Source: Acaryochloris thomasi RCC1774 (GTDB lineage: Bacteria; Cyanobacteriota; Cyanobacteriia; Thermosynechococcales; Thermosynechococcaceae). Taken from it: 32,000 nucleotides of DNA. The DNA is taken from assembly GCF_003231495.1 (NCBI RefSeq), contig NZ_PQWO01000015.1, positions 90,001 through 122,000 of the forward strand. The letters are read 5' to 3'. How positions within the stretch are numbered: position 1 is the first letter of the stretch; the number at the start of each line of letters is the position of its first letter. Shown here in pieces: positions 27,392 to 32,000 of this stretch. The position numbers were made by a program, and so were the translations under genes. Under the pieces are notes generated by a model. It was not told the origin of the DNA and searched no databases. It was given only the letters and a program-made list of their open reading frames with translations.

Positions 27392-28402
27392 CTAAGCTTT
27401 GACGGGTGAAGCCTCCATGCCCAGCTCACGCCGGAGCAGCTCTACAGACTGTGTATCAATGTAGGTTTTACAGTAGATCACCTTAGGCCGTCGAATCAGA
27501 TCAGGTTCAGCTTCAGCCATTGCGGCTCTGAGGGTCTGGCAACTAGCGCGATCACTAATAATCGTTTGCGAGTGACGAATCAAGGCACTCAGCCGCTGGG
27601 TGTCATGGCACTGAGCCGTCATCACATAGAGATCGTCACCCCGCAGGCTAGAGATCATAACTTCCGCAACGCCCAGGGTGCCAGAACTCAGGCTGACCAG
27701 TCCCAACCGCCCCTCTTTAGGCAGCTCTTTGATCAGCTCTAGCTCATCGCTGTAGTTATAAATATCGATAGGAATTACCCGAAAGGCTTTCAGATCGTCA
27801 TCCTGACGCGCCTCGACAATATCATGGGCTTCTTTAGCAAAGTAGCGGACCGTGACAATAGTGGCTGCGGCCCGCCTCTGAAGGGATGCGTCTAGCTCCT
27901 CTAACGGAATCAGCTTAATCGGGATCGAGAGGGCCAGATCTAGCTCTTGGACGATAATCTCTCCAGCGCCGAGATCGTGCTGCGGTACGGTCACGATCAG
28001 TTGTGAGCTGGCGCGCAGACGCTCCTTAATCGCAGCTAGCAGCATGCTCTTGACTTCCCCTAGGGAGTAGCCCTGCTGCAAAAAACCATCCAGGCTTTGC
28101 TCAATCAACTCTTCAACGGGAACGTCGGCTTGCTCTTTGCTAATCGGAATTGGCTCTTGCCCCAACGCCCGCACGTAAATGCCGGACCCCATCTGAGCTT
28201 CGACAAAGCCTGCCGTTTCTAAGCGTTCGTAAACTTTACTAATAGTGTTGCGATGTAGCCCTGTCTGCATCGCAAGCTGACGGGTGCTGGGCAGGCGGTA
28301 ACCCGGTGAAAATTGTCGAGATGCGATCGCAAAGCAGATCTGGTTAAAAAGCTGGGTAGACGCTGGAATTTCACTATCGGATTGAATCTGGAACTGCACC
28401 AT
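27392..28402 (-). CDS. plmA: GntR-family transcriptional regulator, PlmA subfamily
   Basis: N-terminal winged HTH LPSTRQLAMQTGLHRNTISKVYERLETAGFVEAQMGSGIYV. The roughly 250-aa C-terminal domain and overall 336-aa length match the cyanobacteria-restricted PlmA type. Confidence 0.75.
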   Translation of the reverse strand: MVQFQIQSDSEIPASTQLFNQICFAIASRQFSPGYRLPSTRQLAMQTGLHRNTISKVYERLETAGFVEAQMGSGIYVRALGQEPIPISKEQADVPVEELIEQSLDGFLQQGYSLGEVKSMLLAAIKERLRASSQLIVTVPQHDLGAGEIIVQELDLALSIPIKLIPLEELDASLQRRAAATIVTVRYFAKEAHDIVEARQDDDLKAFRVIPIDIYNYSDELELIKELPKEGRLGLVSLSSGTLGVAEVMISSLRGDDLYVMTAQCHDTQRLSALIRHSQTIISDRASCQTLRAAMAEAEPDLIRRPKVIYCKTYIDTQSVELLRRELGMEASPVKA

Positions 28403-28560
28403 ATGGGCCTCTCTGAAAGCCGCAGACGCAGCTTAGCACAGCCCTTGTCCTCTTGTGGGACTTCAAACTAGAGACCAGCAGCATTCTCGCTGCTCCACAA
28501 ATCCTGCGAAAATATAGCAGAAACCGATAAACGGCGATTAATTCCTCCACAACAGATCCG

Positions 28561-29307
28561 ATGGCTGATATAGAAATTCACACTCAAGCCCTGAAAATCC
28601 CCAATGGCTCGTTACAAATTGATGCATATCTAGCGGTCCCAAGCGAGCCCGGTCCCTACCCCGCCGTGATTGTCTGGCAGGAAATATTTGGCGTCAACGC
28701 CCATATTCGCAACGTCACCGAACGGATTGCACAGTTGGGATATGTTGCCATCGCCCCCGCCATCTATCAACGGCAGGCCCCAGGATTTGAAGTCGGCTAC
28801 AGTCCTGAAGAAGTAGAGCTAGGACGACAATACAAGATCCAAACGACAGCCACAGAACTGCTCAGTGATGCCCAAGCCACAATTGACATGCTCCATACCC
28901 TTGAACAAGTCCAGAATGACTGCATCGCCTCCATTGGCTTTTGCTTTGGTGGCCACGTTGCCTATCTGGTGGCCACGCTGCCTGCAATTGCGGCTACAGC
29001 CGTCTTCTATGGCGCTGGCATCGCCACCCTAACACCAGGAGGCGGCCCTCCCACCCTGACTCGGACCCCAGAGATCAAAGGGACGCTATATGGCTTTTTT
29101 GGTAATCAAGACGTGCTGATCCCTAATCCAGAGGTCGATCAAATTCGTCAAGTGCTTCAAGAAGCTGGCGTTGAGCATCGGATCACTCAATACCCTGCCA
29201 GACATGGTTTTTTCTGCGACCAGCGCGACAGCTACCAGCCCACCGCAGCAGCTGATGCTTGGCAGCAGTTTCAAGAATTGCTGGCAGGAACCTTTGCAAA
29301 TCGCTAG
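28561..29307 (+). CDS. dienelactone hydrolase family protein
   Basis: The pattern YPAVIVWQEIFGVN...IASIGFCFGG...HGF is typical of the DLH fold (nucleophile in GFCFGG). Confidence 0.85.
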   Translation: MADIEIHTQALKIPNGSLQIDAYLAVPSEPGPYPAVIVWQEIFGVNAHIRNVTERIAQLGYVAIAPAIYQRQAPGFEVGYSPEEVELGRQYKIQTTATELLSDAQATIDMLHTLEQVQNDCIASIGFCFGGHVAYLVATLPAIAATAVFYGAGIATLTPGGGPPTLTRTPEIKGTLYGFFGNQDVLIPNPEVDQIRQVLQEAGVEHRITQYPARHGFFCDQRDSYQPTAAADAWQQFQELLAGTFANR

Positions 29308-31403
29308 CTATCTGTCTCCAGTGAGAGCTGTTTGGCCCCTGTAGACTTGGCGCTGGAAGAACGGCGACGGCGGCGGCGTTTGGGATCAGCTTTAGGCACC
29401 TCTGTCTTAATTTCCTCGGCCCTGAGTTCCTCAACCACAGCTTCCTGCGTCGAGACTTCTGGGGATGTCGTATCTGACTCTGAGATCACAGCAGGCACCT
29501 CGGTCGCCGTCGCAGGGGCGACATCCGAGACCTTGATCGGGGGTGCGGGTGACTCTGACTTAGATCTGCGTCCTCGCCTAGGTTTAGACTCCGCTTGAGG
29601 CGTAGCCTCGGCCTCAGGCGTTGAATCGTCTGTTTTATCCTTCAAAGACACAACTTTGACCGGAGGTGTTTTCTCTTCACCAGGCAAACAAACATCAACG
29701 GTCACCGACTTCGGATTTTTAATGGTGCCGTCATACAGTGCCAAAGGTGAGATGCCCATGAACCCGTAGACAATCTGTTCCTCAGCGGTCATGGTGATGC
29801 TAATGAGCTCGGGGGGCGCTTCTTCCTGCTTTCTACTGGTCTCTGAACGGCTGGGTCGGGAGCGGTCAGGGCTAGTCTTCGTCGGCAATACGACGCCATT
29901 AGATTCAGCAGGCTTAGGCGGCTTTTTCTCAGATCCAGACCGCATCCGCGAAGAGGTGCGAGATAGACTATCGCCGAGTCTGGCCCGTCGCCGTCGTTTG
30001 CGAGTCCCCTGCTCCTGATAGCTAGGATGATTGGTTAAATCTAGCTCCTGTAAATTCTTAGAGGGGTCCAGCGATGGCGAGCCTACATCAGGAAGCGAAG
30101 GAGCCGCTCGCCGCGAGGAGCGTCGGGGGGCGGAGCGTTCAACGGATTCGCCCACTTCTTCTGGGTCAGAACCCGGTAAATGTGCAAGATGACCGAGTCC
30201 ACCGCAGGTGGGGCAGGGCTGGCCAAACAGCTCATAGATGTTTTGTCCCTGCCGCTTGCGAGTCAGCTCAACAAGGCCAAGTTCAGAAAGCTGGGCAATC
30301 TGAGGGCGCGACTTGTCGGGTTTAATGGCTTTATTGAAGTGCTCCAGCACCTGGAGCTGATCTCGGCGCGAGTCCATATCAATGAAGTCAATGATAATCA
30401 CCCCGGCGATGTTACGCAGCCGTAACTGACGGGCAATCTCGGTGGCGGCTTCACAATTAGTCCACAGCACGGTTTCTCGGGCGGTGGCCGACCGCGTGAA
30501 GGAGCCAGAGTTGACGTCTACCACCGTTAGCGCTTCGGTGCGTTCAATGATGATGTAACCACCGGAGGGTAAATCAACCCTCGGCTTAAGGGCTTCGCGA
30601 ATGGCAGCGTTGACGCGGAAGTACTCCAGAATGGACGCTGCTTCGTGATGCTGGTCAACGAGTACCCCCTGGGGCAACCGACTTTCATTCCAGGACATCA
30701 GGTGCTGTTTAACGCGCTTGAGGCCGGGACTCGAATCAATCACGATCCGGTTAACGTCATCGCTGTAAACGTCTCTCAACACCCGCTGGACGAAATCGTC
30801 ATCTCGATCTAGCAATGAAGGAGCGCGGGAAGAACTAGCCTGCTGCTGCACAGATTCCCATTGCTTCTGCAGCATTTCTAGATCTTCGATGATCGCGTCT
30901 TCAGGCACATCTTCGGCTTCGGTCCGCACCAATAGGCCCATACCGGCAGGCTTCACTAAAATACCGAGGGCGCGTAGTCGATTACGCTCTTCTTCATTGC
31001 GAATCCGGCGCGAGAGGTTAACGCCTCGGCCTGAGGGCATTAAGACGAGATACCGTCCTGGCAGTGAGAGGTTCCCCGTTAGACGCGGTCCTTTATTGCC
31101 GGTGGGCTCTTTCATCACCTGCACCAGCACTTTTTGCTGAGGCGTCAGTAGCTCGGTAATTGCGCCAGCAGAGCGCTTCAGACGTACCGGTCCGAGGTCA
31201 CTCACGTGGATAAAACCGTTCTTTTCGGTGTCGCCTAGGTTGACGAAGGCGGCATCAATACCGGGCAAGACATTCTCAACGACCCCGAGATAGATATCAC
31301 CGACTTGGTGGCTGCCGGTGGCCACAATAATTTCTTGAATTTGGTCTTCTGAAAATACAGCAGCAATTCGATGCTGTTCGGCAATGATGATTTGCTTGGA
31401 CAT
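29304..31403 (-). CDS. rne: ribonuclease E (compact cyanobacterial type)
   Basis: N-terminal S1 domain, 5'-sensor and DNase-I-like catalytic region (GDIYLGVVENVLPGIDAAFVNLG, ALTVVDVNSG, IIIDFIDM). Zn-link CPTCGGLG. Disordered Arg-rich C-terminus ending in RRRRRRSSS (nt 29352-29378). Confidence 0.95.
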   Translation of the reverse strand: MSKQIIIAEQHRIAAVFSEDQIQEIIVATGSHQVGDIYLGVVENVLPGIDAAFVNLGDTEKNGFIHVSDLGPVRLKRSAGAITELLTPQQKVLVQVMKEPTGNKGPRLTGNLSLPGRYLVLMPSGRGVNLSRRIRNEEERNRLRALGILVKPAGMGLLVRTEAEDVPEDAIIEDLEMLQKQWESVQQQASSSRAPSLLDRDDDFVQRVLRDVYSDDVNRIVIDSSPGLKRVKQHLMSWNESRLPQGVLVDQHHEAASILEYFRVNAAIREALKPRVDLPSGGYIIIERTEALTVVDVNSGSFTRSATARETVLWTNCEAATEIARQLRLRNIAGVIIIDFIDMDSRRDQLQVLEHFNKAIKPDKSRPQIAQLSELGLVELTRKRQGQNIYELFGQPCPTCGGLGHLAHLPGSDPEEVGESVERSAPRRSSRRAAPSLPDVGSPSLDPSKNLQELDLTNHPSYQEQGTRKRRRRARLGDSLSRTSSRMRSGSEKKPPKPAESNGVVLPTKTSPDRSRPSRSETSRKQEEAPPELISITMTAEEQIVYGFMGISPLALYDGTIKNPKSVTVDVCLPGEEKTPPVKVVSLKDKTDDSTPEAEATPQAESKPRRGRRSKSESPAPPIKVSDVAPATATEVPAVISESDTTSPEVSTQEAVVEELRAEEIKTEVPKADPKRRRRRRSSSAKSTGAKQLSLETDS

Positions 31404-31830
31404 TCAATTTCCTCGAAAGCTGCCAGCCCTCAGACCTAGGATTCATCCGAGGCACGGTTGGGGCTGACGTGACAAATTTGAGAGTAGAGAAAGGCGATTT
31501 ACCGTGAACCCTAGAGGTTGCTCGAAGGCTATTTCTAATAAATTCATTAAGTTGTAAGAAGCCTTGGAATTGCTTGAGAGATCGTTCATTTCAAGCACTG
31601 CATCTGATACGCTAGCAAGCCATTGAAATGCAAATTTTCAACAACGGCATTCACTGCATGATGCAAGCTTAAGTCTAGCATCTTAGACAGAAAAGCTGAC
31701 GCGCTTGCCAGAAGTCAACCGATTAGAGCGTCCGTGGGGGCTAACTCAGGTTCTAACTTCTACGAACAGTCTGCAAGAGCTTTAGTTGCCAAGCATTATA
31801 GCGTGGAGTTGTCCCCCTCAATGCTGAGTT
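31404..31830 (-). promoter_or_regulatory. long non-coding leader / promoter region upstream of rne
   Basis: 427 nt between the cobS stop (31831-31833) and the rne ATG (31403). I found no ORF longer than about 15 codons. Long rne 5' UTRs are known in other cyanobacteria and enterobacteria. Confidence 0.4.
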
Positions 31831-32000
31831 TTAGATAAAGTTTGTGGAGTGCAGTATCGGCAAGGTGAAAACGCACAGCAGTAGAGCTTCGGTCCATTCG
31901 ACGATGGCACCATAGACGTCGCCGGTCATGCCGCTTAATTGCTGATTGAACCATAGTCCAGTACCGGCAGAGATGAGTGCTGCGGCAATGAGCGTTAGAC
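31831..32000 (-). CDS. cobS: adenosylcobinamide-GDP ribazoletransferase (cobalamin synthase), C-terminal part; gene starts beyond the right edge
   Basis: Absent from the ORF track because it is open at the window edge. My minus-strand translation reads [55 protein letters not shown]-stop. The G-(x)-TGD-x-x-GA-x-x-E motif is the conserved CobS C-terminal signature. Confidence 0.7.
   Translation of the reverse strand, partial: LTLIAAALISAGTGLWFNQQLSGMTGDVYGAIVEWTEALLLCVFTLPILHSTNFI

Noticed and set aside
29332-31140. Several 75-88-aa plus-strand ORFs (29332-29598, 29791-30018, 30074-30325, 30180-30425, 30889-31140)
   Set aside because: All are antisense shadows of rne. They are Arg/Ser/Gly-rich with no motifs.
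1-32000. Search for CRISPR arrays, rRNA/tRNA genes, IS elements, integrases and defence islands
   Set aside because: I saw no periodic direct repeats, rRNA-like conserved blocks, convincing tRNA cloverleaf or transposase/integrase-like ORF. NYN, FHA and Uma2 domains can occur in defence contexts. Here each is a stand-alone, conserved-looking or decayed gene among housekeeping genes.

Overview
The window looks like a gene-dense chromosomal segment of a cyanobacterium. The HIP1 octamer GCGATCGC occurs at least 13 times, and many genes are cyanobacteria- or plastid-typical (ccsA, PlmA-type GntR regulator, DUF4079-like protein, LabA-like NYN protein, compact RNase E). I call about 30 protein genes. 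Most are housekeeping: tilS (partial), ccsA, cobA, cbiX, ftsH, metG, ABC1 kinase, ubiD, acyP, rne and cobS (partial). I saw no rRNA, tRNA, CRISPR array, transposase or integrase.

Four things stand out:
1. A Rieske oxygenase at 22155-23237 that I recognise as chlorophyllide a oxygenase (chlorophyll b synthase). This gene is rare in cyanobacteria. A short-chain dehydrogenase resembling chlorophyll b reductase (NOL/NYC1) lies 2.3 kb away, so the two could form a chlorophyll-cycle neighbourhood.
2. A co-directional run on the minus strand: a circularly permuted type-2 ATP-grasp gene, an AT-rich 580-bp spacer with perfect hairpins, a classical ATP-grasp ligase, and an isoaspartyl peptidase. No function can be assigned from sequence alone.
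3. An InrS-like (H-C-H-C) metal sensor with no adjacent efflux gene.
4. A decayed Uma2-family endonuclease pseudogene.

I cannot demonstrate a wholly new system from sequence alone. The ATP-grasp/peptidase run and the CAO-linked genes are the best candidates, and I label them as inference.
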